A DNA stretch of 63,953 nt, counting the filler, from Octopus bimaculoides (taxonomy: Eukaryota): NCBI RefSeq assembly GCF_001194135.2. It is 4 parts of 4 records of this genome, joined end to end, with 100 filler letters (N's around TTAATTAATTAA, not from the genome) between each part and the next. Parts side by side here need not be neighbours in the genome. Positions count along the whole stretch, not along the records: positions 19,600 to 49,943 come from NC_068987.1; 3 more parts are not named here. The stretch is one strand, 5' to 3'. The notes under the pieces were generated by a model. The model was not told where the DNA came from and searched no databases. It was given only the letters and a program-made list of their open reading frames with translations. Of the stretch, positions 28,855 to 40,134 are shown piece by piece. The translations under genes and the position numbers were made by a program. Positions within the stretch are counted from its first letter, which is position 1, and each line of letters starts with the position of its first letter.

Positions 28855-29431
28855 TATGATGGACTCTCCTGTAAAACATGTACAACTGACCAACCAACAC
28901 ATTTAGTTAGTGTATGAAACAATGAGTATTTAAGTATTTAAATCTTGACTAGAACCAGCATGACAGTATGACAAATGGACTTTGAATTCCTGACATAGTC
29001 CACCTGACAGGGTACCATACTGTTTCTGTCTGTCTGATTTTGCATAGACAGAAACCAACACATGTTTAAATGTGTGTATGCATGCATACATGCTTGTATG
29101 TATTTATAAATGTATGTATGCATGCATGTATATATGTGTCTTGAGTGTGACTTTAAATGGCAGCATCCAGTAGTGGAGCTCTGATTCAACAGTTTCAGGG
29201 CTTTGATGAGCATGGAATCATCTATTAGCTATTATTTGTTCATATGTCTACTCTGCCCTTTGCTAGAAGCACTTATCAGGGTCTTGGCTATGGACTAACT
29301 TCTATGTTAACAACTGTGAGTGAAGGACCCCTAATTCTCAGCAGACCTTCTTTCCAGGAGAAAGTAAACCTGTATAAAAAATCCAAAGTGCATTTGGTTT
29401 CTGTTTCTCTCATCTTCTGTTATACTAACAG

Positions 29432-29771
29432 TTTTGTCGAGCAAATCGACCCCAGGATTTATTCTTTAGAAGCCTAGATCTTATTCTATCGGTCTCTTTT
29501 GCCAAACCGCTAAGTTACGGGGACCTAAACACACCAGCATCAGTTGTCAAGCGATGTTGGGGGGGACAAACACAGACACACAAACATACATATATATATA
29601 CATATATACAACAGGCTTCTTTCAGTTTCCGTCTATCAAACCACTGACAAGGCTTTGGTTGGCCCGTGGCTATAGTAGCAGATACTTGCCCAAGGTGCCA
29701 CACAGTGGGTATGAACCTGGAACTATGTGGTTGGTAAGCAAGCTACTTACCACACAGCCACTCCGGCGCCT
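29432..29771 (-). mobile_element. SINE family A, 3'-trimmed
   Basis: gtcgagcaaatcgacccc ... cacacagccactccggcgcct. Confidence 0.88.
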
Positions 29772-30945
29772 ATACATGCATATATATATATATTTATATT
29801 TATATATTTATATATTTGATCCTTTATATTGAACACTCAATATTTCATCTACATTCAATACTTTATTTCATGGTGCCATCCATTTTTATTTTATTTTATT
29901 TTATATTATATATTGTATATTATATTATATATTGTATATTCCATATTCTATACCCCACATTAGTTCTGCAGGAATATAAATAAAACATAAAAAACAGACA
30001 GTGTTGGAACTCTTTTAAGNNNNNNNNNNNNNNNNNNNNNNNNNNNNNNNNNNNNNNNNNNNNNNNNNNNNNNNNNNNNNNNNNNNNNNNNNNNNNNNNN
30101 NNNNNNNNNNNNNNNNNNNNNNNNNNNNNNNNNNNNNNNNNNNNNNNNNNNNNNNNNNNNNNNNNNNNNNNNNNNNNNNNNNNNNNNNNNNNNNNNNNNN
30201 NNNNNNNNNNNNNNNNNNNNNNNNNNNNNNNNNNNNNNNNNNNNNNNNNNNNNNNNNNNNNNNNNNNNNNNNNNNNNNNNNNNNNNNNNNNNNNNNNNNN
30301 NNNNNNNNNNNNNNNNNNNNNNNNNNNNNNNNNNNNNNNNNNNNNNNNNNNNNNNNNNNNNNNNNNNNNNNNNNNNNNNNNNNNNNNNNNNNNNNNNNNN
30401 NNNNNNNNNNNNNNNNNNNNNNNNNNNNNNNNNNNNNNNNNNNNNNNNNTGTATGTATATATATGTGTGTGTATATATCTATGTATGTATGTATATGCAT
30501 GTATGCATTAAAAAAAACAAGCATATTTTTCATGCAGAATTTAAGTAAGCCAGTGTAGAGAATGGAGGAAGCTTGGTCTACGATAACTACAGACATGTAT
30601 GAATTATCAAGTGCTGAGCTCATTAGCCACCAGCAAAGCCATAAGTGTGAAGTGCACGAAGTTCTTAATGGTCAGTGATGGTCTTCCTTGGTCAAGAGTG
30701 GACAACCATCATGTATGTATGTATGTATGTATGTCATTATTTAGTTTATTTCAAGATTTCTTGCCAATAGAGAAAGAACCGGATTCTAACCTAGATCCAA
30801 GGCTCCTTCATTGGAATTTCAACATCAACAGGGTGTATTTGTTTGTATGTATGTATGTATGTATGCATGCATGCATGAATGAATGGATAGATGGATGAAG
30901 AAGGTAAAGACCAATGGAGAGACAAGTTTTAACAAAGATGTAATT

Positions 30946-31548
30946 AGGCGTAGGAGTGGCTGTGTGGTAAGTAGCTTGCTTACCAACCACATAGTTCCGG
31001 GTTCAGTCCCACTGCGTGGCACCTTGGGCAAGTGTCTTCTTCTATAGCCTCGGGCCGACCAAAGACTTGTGAGTGGATTTGGTAGACGGAAACTGAAAGG
31101 AGCCCGTCGTATATATGTATGTGTGGTTAAGAAGTTTGCTTCCCAGCTACATGATTTCGGGTTCAGTCCCACCGCGTGGCACCTTGGGCAAGTGTCTTCT
31201 GCTATAATCCCGGGCTAACTGAAGCCTTGTGATTGAATTTGGTAGGCGGAAGTTACTGCCGTGTGTGTATACGTCTGTGTATGTGCTTGTGCCTCTCTCC
31301 CAGAGAGTGAGAGGGGGATATGTATGTGTGTGTATATGTTCGTGTGTCTGTGTTTGTCCCCCCAACTTCGCTTGACAACCGATGCTGGTGTGTTTACGTC
31401 CCCGTAACCTAGAAGTTCGGCAAAAAGAGACCGATAGAATAAGTACTAGGCTTCCAAAGAATAAGTCCTGGGATCGATTTTCTATACTAAAGGCGATGCT
31501 CCAGCATGGCCGCAGTCAAATGACTGAAACAAGTAAAAGAGTAAAGAG
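30946..31548 (+). mobile_element. Two SINE family A copies in tandem (5' half 30946-31120, then near-full copy 31121-31548)
   Basis: Head motif ggttcagtccca..cgtggcaccttgggcaagtgtcttct occurs twice, near 31000 and 31160; a single tail follows. Confidence 0.85.
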
Positions 31549-33847
31549 TAGTATAATGCTTGAAAGGAAGGGAAATATCCTTTGACGATTAGGATGCTAG
31601 TCCTTCACCAGGAGAAAGGAAAAGAAAGAAAGAAAAAAAAAGTGTGTGTGGGGGGGGGGACAAGAGGAAAAGAAAGAAATTAGAGGCCACGAGTGAATGC
31701 GGTTCTATGAGGGGTTAGGAAGAGGAGAGGAGGCGAAGTGGTGAGTGCATGCATTGGAGGGTGTCCGTATAAAAGAAGGTGTGTGTAATAGTGTGGGGTG
31801 TATAGAGGTGTGCACATGTAGGATGGTCGTGATGTGAGATAGGGAAGGTACAAGAAGGTACAGAGGTAAACGTATTGTAGGTAAGCGGAAAGTGTAGGGA
31901 AGTGCCAGGGAAGCTAGCAAAACATTGAAAAAAAAACACGATACTTAGTGAAATAAGATAAATAATAAAGAATGAAATATATATATGTATGTAATTAGGA
32001 TGTAATATGTAAAACACCAAAAGCTTTCTAGATGCGGTTATGAGAAACTAGTATAACCATCTGGATTGTTAAAATATAGGCTTTCAAAACCGAGTACGTG
32101 GACATCTGAAGTCACTGTCGCCATCAGATATGGAGTATACGAATGTTAATGAACCCCTCCAAACGTCACAAAAGCTTATATTTGAAAAAAAAAAAATGCA
32201 GCCCCCTAACTCTGCCATTTTATTAAAGCGATTCCAATTTTTACCATCTGTTTCTACGATAAATCATTATGAAAGCATGTCAAGTAAATTTTATTAATAT
32301 TAGTTTTATCAGTAATACAAATGATAATTTATTATTTTTTTACACATACTTTGCATTTTTACATTCAGTAATCAGCTACGAAACAATGGCTGCCGGTTTG
32401 GTGGATTAGTTATGTCTATATTGAAATGTATCACTAATGTCTTTGTGTTGGTTATAAGTTCTTTGCTGTTTGGAGAAAAGAAATCTAATATTTCTGAGGA
32501 ATCTCTACATCCGACAGATCGAAATAATTATTCCCAGAGTATTATACTTGCTCGTGCAGACCGCCACTAGTTTGCTCATTCGTTATTTTTGCCATTGTTT
32601 TACCTAAATGGCTTAGATTCCTCTCTGCTATGATCAGTTAATGTTTTGTGTTGTCTGTTAATAATCTTCTCACGTTTCTACATCTGACTGCACCAAATCA
32701 TGAAGAAATATATAAGAAAAACAGTAAGTTCTTCAAATATATCTCTACTGAAAACCAATTTTATGTGCGATTGATAAAAAAATATACATAATTATATGAA
32801 TTAGCTATTTGTGTTGTTATTTTTTATTCATCAAAGGTATTTTCGAAGAAATTCTTCTAATGATATTTATATCAGTGTTCATTATTAATAAGCTGCTTTC
32901 TGCATTTTATTTTATCTTGCAGCTTTTTTATATTTCTGTTCTGAAAAAAAAAAAAAAAAANNNNNNNNNNAATCGTAATTATCAAATTGCCAAAAAAAAG
33001 TTATTTTTTAAAAAACTTATTTCTTATTTCTGTGATTTCTTTTGTTTTCTAATTTCTTTTTGCAACATCAATAATATATGTAACCGATCCATCTTCCCTT
33101 ATAGCTATTTACCTTCTTAATTATGTAAACAACAGTTTGCTTTCGATCCATATGGTTCAAGGGGGGGATTTCCAGTGCGCGGCACATTTGGGCAAGTGTT
33201 TAACCCCGAGTTGCAAATGACAAAAACTGTATAAAGGCCACCGTAAATCATTTATATATCGTATACCGTTCACTAAATGTAAGCATAGACAAGGAAAAGC
33301 CAAAACGTGGCTGGTCGAATGAAGTTTCCTGCGATATTTGTTCTGCACCGAGTTGCAGACATTGATTCGTACGACGTCAGAAATGTAGTGAACGAATGAT
33401 TGGCCCATTGAGACTTGTAACCAACGACGCCACTGTCACATGTTTATCAATTGAGCGAATGTTACGTGAGAATATGTATTTTAAATATTTTATTAACGTT
33501 AATCAGTATTATTATTATTACTACGTAAACTAAAGCGGTGAGGTGGTACAATCGTTAGCAGGTCCGGCAAAATGCTTGGCAGCATTTCGTCCGTTTTTAC
33601 GTTCCGAGTTCTAATTTCGCTGAGTCGATTTTGCTTTTCATCAACCCACTACTGTCAAGTAATTAATGTAATTAACTTACTCCCTCCTGCGAAATTGCAC
33701 GCCTTGTAAATGCAGGGCGACGAACTGGTCAAATCGCCATCTGCATTTCGTCCGTCTTTATGTTCTGAGTTCAAATTCTGTTGAGATTATCCTTTACATT
33801 ATTTCCTCCCCCAAAATTTCAAGTCCTGTGCTTATAGTAGAAAGGAT

Positions 33848-34024
33848 GGTAATTTTTCAGATTAACACCCGCACGATTACCTAACCCTAACCCTGACCCT
33901 AAAACCGTAACCCTAACACTAACCCTAAACCCTAATCCAAACCCTAACACCTTAAGGCTGACCCTAAAACCCTAACCCTAACACTCTAATGAAAATCGTG
34001 CAGGTGTTAATCTGAAAAATTACC
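33848..34024. mobile_element. 177-bp MITE with 31-bp TIRs, 8-bp TSD and telomere-like (CCCTAA)n interior; Merlin-like ends
   Basis: TIRs 33848-33878 and 33994-34024 (ggtaatttttcagattaacacc[c/t]gcacgatt, 1 mismatch); perfect TSD GAAAGGAT at 33840-33847 and 34025-34032. Confidence 0.9.
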
Positions 34025-36295
34025 GAAAGGATTATTATTAGATAAACTTTACTTTTCATCCCTCTGAAGTCGATCTCTCTTGGGTATATAAAGTAACCGG
34101 TCAAGTACCCTGGGTCAGTTAAATCGATTGATATCTTCCTTCCAAAATTGCTGGCCTTATAATCATTTGTAATGTACTCTTGTTGTCAAAACTAAAAACT
34201 GCCAACAGTCTTCTTAATTAGAGAGAATGGTGCACCTGTTCAAAAGTGACGAGTGAAACCATTACATATTTACAATTTCATCTTACCCTAAACGCAGAGA
34301 CAGTTATTTGTAGATGTAATAGTATATTTCGCTGACTGAAAACGAACGATCAGAATGAAATTAAGCCCGTTGAAAAAGAGAACAAAACAAAACAAAAACA
34401 GCTTTTTCATTTCTTTTCTTTCTTTCTTTCTATCTTTCTCTCTCACTCCCTCTTTCTTTCCCTCTCTCTTCTCATCCTTCTCTCTCTCTCTTCCTTCCTT
34501 TCCTTCCTACCCCTCTCTTTTCCTTCCTTCCTTCCTTCCTCTTTCTCTTTTATCCTTTCTTTTCTCTTTTTCTCAATCCTTTCTTCTTTTCTTTCTCTCT
34601 TTCATCCTTTCCTTTTCTCTTTTTCTCTATCCTTCCTTCCTTAGGAGGAGGAGGAGGACACTTTTATGATTTTATTCCATGGAGCCCCAGTACAGTCTGG
34701 TTTGTGCCGATAGCATGCGAACGACACTTGCTTGAAGAAGGTCAAAGCGTGAAGGGTGATGATCGTCTGCGTAGGAAGGACTGTTTGATCGGAAGCAACC
34801 AGTTGTATGTCATTATTGTTGGGACAACAAATTTGAGCTCTCTCTCTGTTCGTTTTGATGGAATGTAGCTTTAGAAAGAGCTCCAACAACATACTATAGT
34901 ATGACTGCTTGAGAGATAATTAGAGATCTTAAGTAGACAACTTCTGAGGTTCTGACGCCAAACAGATTTCAAGGATTTGGTAATGTGAAGAGCAACAGCA
35001 TGTCTTACACAGGAGAGGAAATGTCTGTTACATGTGGCTCCATGAAAACTGTTTTGGCAGCTTTTGAGAAGGCATAGAAAAGATTTAAGAAGTTGGGTAA
35101 TTATTTACACCAGTTACTGTCTCTAGGGGAAAAAGATTAAAGAATTTGGTGAGCGCTGGAGGTGGGCACTGTTTTAATTTAATGGAAAATATTCTCTCTT
35201 TCTCTTCCTTCCTTCCCCCCTCTCACTCTGTCTTCCTTCTTTCCCTTCCTTCCTCCCTTTTTTCTTTCCTCCCCCTCATTCTTCCTTCCCCTTTCCCTAT
35301 CTTCCTCCTTTCTTTCTTCCCTACTCCTTTCTCTTCTCTTCCTTCCTTCTCTCTCTATCTTCCTCCCTTCCTCCTCCTCTTTTTCTTCCTTCTCCCTGCT
35401 CTCTTTCTTTGTGATCTGACAAAACTGTTGTTCAATCCTTGGCCATCCATTAGACCAATGAACAAAATCTTTCCTACCACGACTCTCCCATCGCGTTTTC
35501 GTGAATAATGTATCAACAACTACTTAATTCAAGGTGTCCCTTTTTTTAAAGAAAGTTGGGTGAGTTTTGAGGGAAATTTTGGTACAATTTCTAGCAATTA
35601 GAGCAACAGCATAGCAGTTTCTTTGTTAACATGATCTGACAGTTTTTTACGGTCGAAGAATGAGAATTTGAGAAGGTTTGCGTTTTATGCTATGGTTTTG
35701 TCTGCGACATTACTACTTATGGAGATGTTTTGATTAAGGAACGGAAGGTAGTAGTATTAGTCCTGCAAAGAATGCTGGAAGCCAGTTGTGTAGCTAAGTG
35801 GGAGATCTGCCTCTGGGTATTTCTTTTATAGGGGTGGAACTTTTATAAGCTTTTATAGGAGCTAGAGATAAGGAAGAGTGGAAAACTCAAGGGCTGTTTT
35901 GGGTGGCCCACGCTCTATCTATGTCATTGCTGAAAGCTTGGCACCAATTTGGTAGATGCAGGAATTGTTGTTGTGTAGTTACATCTTGATCCTAATTAAT
36001 AAGACCTTTGACATAAGTAGTTAACTAGACAACTTGTATCTCTGAATATGCCATATTCCCATCTTGTTAAGAACCATTCTGCACATTCTGACATTCGCAG
36101 GTTGGTTGTGTGTTGTAGTCAGGACATGTACTTGCTCTTCTGCCTTGTCGTTTTCTGTGGACAATGGAGGTAGGAAGTTGCACTTGTTTTGAATGCCCCT
36201 CTTGCATGTCTTCACTTTATTATTGGTGCTATGCAAGGCAGCGAGCTGGGAGAAATGTTAGCTCACCGGGCGAAATGATTATAAGGTTTTAATTG

Positions 36296-36405
36296 GCCCT
36301 GGGCTATAGTAGAAGATACTTACCTAAGGTGCCATGTAGGGGGACTGAACCCAAAACCATGTGGCTGGAAAGCAAGCTTCTTAATTTCACAGCCATGTCT
36401 GTACC
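36296..36405 (-). mobile_element. SINE family A head fragment just upstream of the ZNF acceptor
   Basis: gggctatagtagaagatacttacctaaggtgcc...ggactgaaccc. Confidence 0.8.
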
Positions 36406-36499
36406 TGTCTTCCTCTGTAAATATTTTCTTATTGGTTCAGTCTTCAATTTCTCTTGTCTATTTTCTTCAATAGCCTGTCCCTTTGTATCTTTCTTTGTC

Positions 36500-36694
36500 C
36501 CTTAATATTTATACTGTTTTGTTTTATTGCTTCAGAATTCCTCACCAAAGATACATCAAGGAATCAATGAAGAATAAGAAGGACTGAGCAATGACATTGT
36601 CAAGATCTACAACTTCAGTTATATAATAACCTTGAAGTAATTCATGAAATTATACAAGAATTATCTTTGTATTTAACAAACAACTAACGACAAC
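36500..36694 (+). promoter_or_regulatory. Probable 3' splice acceptor (AG at 36534-36535) and 5'UTR part of the ZNF coding exon, containing three short upstream ORFs
   Basis: T-rich tract tttatactgttttgttttattgcttcag|aattc. Three upstream ATGs each close within about 11 codons before the main ATG. No transcript evidence. Confidence 0.55.
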
Positions 36695-39151
36695 ATGGAG
36701 GAGACTTTACGTGAAAATCTTGTTCCTTCTACTGAAATAAAAACCGAGAGTAAAGATTTATCCCATGAAATGCAATTAAATATCACAAAGAAATTCTACA
36801 CCTGTGAAGTATGTTTACTTATATTCTCTGATATAGAAAGTTTGACTAATCACAAATATATCCACACAGATAAAAAAACATATCACTGTGATATCTGTGG
36901 TAAAGTGTTTACAGTCCGTTCAAAATTGACTCGTCATAAACTCACTCACACGGGGGATAAACCATATCAGTGTAGTGTCTGTGCTAAGACTTTCTCACAG
37001 AAGAATAATTTATCTCGTCACGAATATACACACTTAAAAGAAAAACCATGCCAATGTGATATATGTGGTAAAATATTCTCTAAGAATTCAAAATTAGCTC
37101 GTCATAAATGTACACATACAAATGAGAAAGTATACCGCTGTGATATCTGTGGCAAAACATTTTCAAACATAGCTAATTTAACTAATCACAAACATACTCA
37201 CATTGCAGAAAAACCATTTCAGTGTGATATCTGTGGTAAAATATTCTCAACAATTGGAACTTTATCTTCTCATAAACGTATCCATTCAGATGAAAAACCT
37301 TATCATTGTGATGTCTGTGGCAAAGCCTTCAAAGTACTTAGAAAATTAACTGCTCATAAACGTATTCATACTGATGACAAGCCATACCTTTGTGATATCT
37401 GTGGTAAGACATTTACTACAAATAGAACATTGACTGTCCATAAACGTCTTCATGTTGATGAAAAACTCCATGATTGTGATGTCTGTGGGAAAACGTTTTC
37501 TAAAAGCAAAATATTAACCATCCATAAGCGTATTCACATGGATGAGAAACCATACCACTGTGATGTCTGTGGTAAAGCATTTTCTCAAAATGGATATTTA
37601 ACTTACCATAAGCTGATTCACACAGGAGAAAAACCATACCACTGTGCTATTTGTAGCAAAACATTTTCTCGGAATGATTACTTGAAACGTCATGTACGTA
37701 CTCATACAGGAGAAAAACCATATGAATGTGATATCTGTGGTAAAAGATTCTCTGGAAGTGCAAATCTATCTTGTCATAAACGTATACATACAGGTAGTAA
37801 ACCATACCATTGCGATATCTGTGGTAAAACATTCTCAACAACTGGAAATTTATCTTGTCATAAGCGTATTCATTCAAACGAAAAACCATATCAGTGTGAT
37901 ATCTGTAATAAAACATTCTCTCAGAGTGGGCATTTAAGTAATCACCGAAATATTCACACGGGGGAGAAACCATACCAGTGTGATATCTGTGGTAAAAGAT
38001 TTGCGGTAAGTGGAGATTTGTCTCGTCACAGACGTATTCACACTGTTGAGAAACCTTACCAGTGTGATGTCTGTTTTAAGAAATTCAGTGTTAGTGAAAA
38101 TTTAACTTCTCATAAACTTATCCACACAGAGAAAGCACACCAGTGTGACATCTGTAATAAATTATTTGCCAGAAAGAGATATTTAGTTCGGCACAAACAT
38201 ATTCATACTGGTGTGAAGCCATACCGCTGTGATGTCTGTTCTAAGACATTCTCTCGGAAGGAATATTTGACACATCACAAACGTATTCATAATGGAGAGG
38301 AAGCATATCATTGTGATAAATGTGGCAAAACATTCTCAGAGAATTCTGAATTAAATTATCACAAATGTATTCGCAAGAGTGACAAATCACACCGTTGCAG
38401 TGTTTGTGGTAAAACTTTCACTCAGAATTTGGTCTTAACTATTCATAAACGTACTCACACAGGTGAGAAACCATACCACTGTGATATCTGTGGTAAAAAA
38501 TTCTTGATAAGTGGAAGTTTGTCATCTCATAAACGTGTTCATTCAGAGTGGAACCCATATGAGTATGATACCTCTGGTAAAACATTTTCTGAAAACAAGC
38601 TTCTAACCAATCACCAAAGTATTCATGGACGTGTAAAACAATATCGCTATGATAGCTATGGAAAAGAATTGTATCAGAGTGGAGATTTAGCTTACAATAA
38701 ACATATTGACGCTGGTGAAAAACTCTACCAGTCTAATATCTTTGGTAAAGAACTCACTGTAAATGAAAATTTAACTTCTCATAAGAATATTTATGCTGGT
38801 GAGAAACTGCATCAGTGTGATATCTGTGGTAAAGTATTTGCACTGAAGAGATATTTAATAGTTCACAAATGTATTTTCACAGGTGAGAAACCATACCACT
38901 GTGACATGTGTGGTAGGACTTTCTCTCGAAATGAATATTTAACACTTCACAAACGTCTTCACACAGGAGATAAGCCATATCAGTGTGATATCTGTGCTAA
39001 AACATTCTCTGCGAATATAATTTTAACTTGTCATAGACGTTTTCACACAGGAGAGAAACCACGCCGTTGCGATATCTGTACTAAAAGATTCTGGTTTAAA
39101 GCTACTTTAAATAGGCACCAGCGCACTCACTTACCAAAAATATCCTTCTAG
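36695..39151 (+). CDS. Tandem C2H2 zinc-finger protein, 818 aa, uninterrupted CDS; 28 finger repeats (23 canonical, 5 degenerate) after a 36-aa N-terminus with no recognisable effector domain
   Basis: Intact ATG-to-TAG ORF with repeated CxxC-x12-H-x3-H units and TGEKPY-type linkers at 28-aa spacing from C37 to H812. An in-frame TAA at 36674-36676 supports the ATG at 36695 as the start. Resembles the expanded octopus C2H2-ZNF class (established knowledge); not assignable to an orthologue. Confidence 0.96.
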   Translation: MEETLRENLVPSTEIKTESKDLSHEMQLNITKKFYTCEVCLLIFSDIESLTNHKYIHTDKKTYHCDICGKVFTVRSKLTRHKLTHTGDKPYQCSVCAKTFSQKNNLSRHEYTHLKEKPCQCDICGKIFSKNSKLARHKCTHTNEKVYRCDICGKTFSNIANLTNHKHTHIAEKPFQCDICGKIFSTIGTLSSHKRIHSDEKPYHCDVCGKAFKVLRKLTAHKRIHTDDKPYLCDICGKTFTTNRTLTVHKRLHVDEKLHDCDVCGKTFSKSKILTIHKRIHMDEKPYHCDVCGKAFSQNGYLTYHKLIHTGEKPYHCAICSKTFSRNDYLKRHVRTHTGEKPYECDICGKRFSGSANLSCHKRIHTGSKPYHCDICGKTFSTTGNLSCHKRIHSNEKPYQCDICNKTFSQSGHLSNHRNIHTGEKPYQCDICGKRFAVSGDLSRHRRIHTVEKPYQCDVCFKKFSVSENLTSHKLIHTEKAHQCDICNKLFARKRYLVRHKHIHTGVKPYRCDVCSKTFSRKEYLTHHKRIHNGEEAYHCDKCGKTFSENSELNYHKCIRKSDKSHRCSVCGKTFTQNLVLTIHKRTHTGEKPYHCDICGKKFLISGSLSSHKRVHSEWNPYEYDTSGKTFSENKLLTNHQSIHGRVKQYRYDSYGKELYQSGDLAYNKHIDAGEKLYQSNIFGKELTVNENLTSHKNIYAGEKLHQCDICGKVFALKRYLIVHKCIFTGEKPYHCDMCGRTFSRNEYLTLHKRLHTGDKPYQCDICAKTFSANIILTCHRRFHTGEKPRRCDICTKRFWFKATLNRHQRTHLPKISF

Positions 39152-39795
39152 TCATCTTCCATAAAAATCATGTGGTTTACACGCAGCTGTGTTCCACTGG
39201 TAAAGAACTCTGCCAAGTATACTTAGAACACATCCTCTACCAACACCACTGGAAGGTATTATGAGCTTTAGCACTGCCATTGAGATTAAAAAAAAATCAA
39301 ACAATACCTTTGTGTTCTTTGTGCTCTATTGCTTCACAAAACTACTGTAGAGTCTTTTGGGTCTGTGCCCAGAGTGTCGCAACTTCTTGGAATCTTCCAC
39401 TCTACCATTCCTCCAGCAAGGACTTCCTCTGTTGGCAACACATCTGTTGTGAAAACTTCCCCATTTGCCATGCACTTAGCTTCCAACTGACCGAAACTCA
39501 CTACAAACCTTTCTTCTGAATGCTTCTGTTATCATCAACACACTGTCATGACGAAACTAGAAAATACCTATCCTGTGGAGTTTATGTGTTATCACATCTG
39601 TTGAAGTAGAAGACCAGGGTCCCTTTTTCAGACATAAGAGATTGTTAAAAAGCCTACAAAGCTGCAGCTTAGATTGCAACAAGGACCTTCTTTATAGAAT
39701 ACAAAGATTGTAAGAATCCAACTAAGTATCAGGGAACAACGATGTCTCAATACAACACAACGTTCTTATGTTGGACACTAAATATGATTATGACT

Positions 39796-40134
39796 AGGGT
39801 CAAAACCCCTTTGGTCATAAATGACCATGGGATTGCACCTAGAAAGCTCCCTTCGGAAGCACAAGTCTGGGAAAGGTTATTTATGGAAGATCAACAGTCA
39901 CTCATGCATACCAGCCTCCTCTCTCCATGCCACTGACGTTATCATAGGGAAAGGCAAAAGTCGATACAGCTTGGCACCAGTGACATCACAACTCATTTCT
40001 ACAGCTGAGTGAACTGGAGCAATGTGAAATAAAGCGTCTTGCTCAAGAACACAACACAGCCTGGTTCAAGAATTGAACTCACTACCTCATGATTATGAGC
40101 CTGACGCTCTAACCACTGGGCCATGCTCCTTCAC
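39796..40134 (-). mobile_element. SINE family E; other copies at 40250-40450(-), 42885-43110(+) and 48230-48415(-)
   Basis: Shared gtgttcttgagcaagac..tttcacatt.ctcca.t.cactcagctg module behind a tRNA-like head (catggcccagtggttagag). Confidence 0.8.

Noticed and set aside
35640-36230. Possible highly degraded LINE RT remnant
   Set aside because: Only vague motif echoes across frameshifts; cannot be supported without an HMM search.
37647-37973. Antisense and alternate-frame ORFs inside the ZNF (37647-37973 -, 37692-37937 +)
   Set aside because: Shadows of the repetitive finger codons.
39330-39530. Protein-looking minus-strand frame (ERFVVSFGQLEAKCMANGEV...) behind the ZNF stop
   Set aside because: About 64 codons, with no recognisable family and no clear donor.
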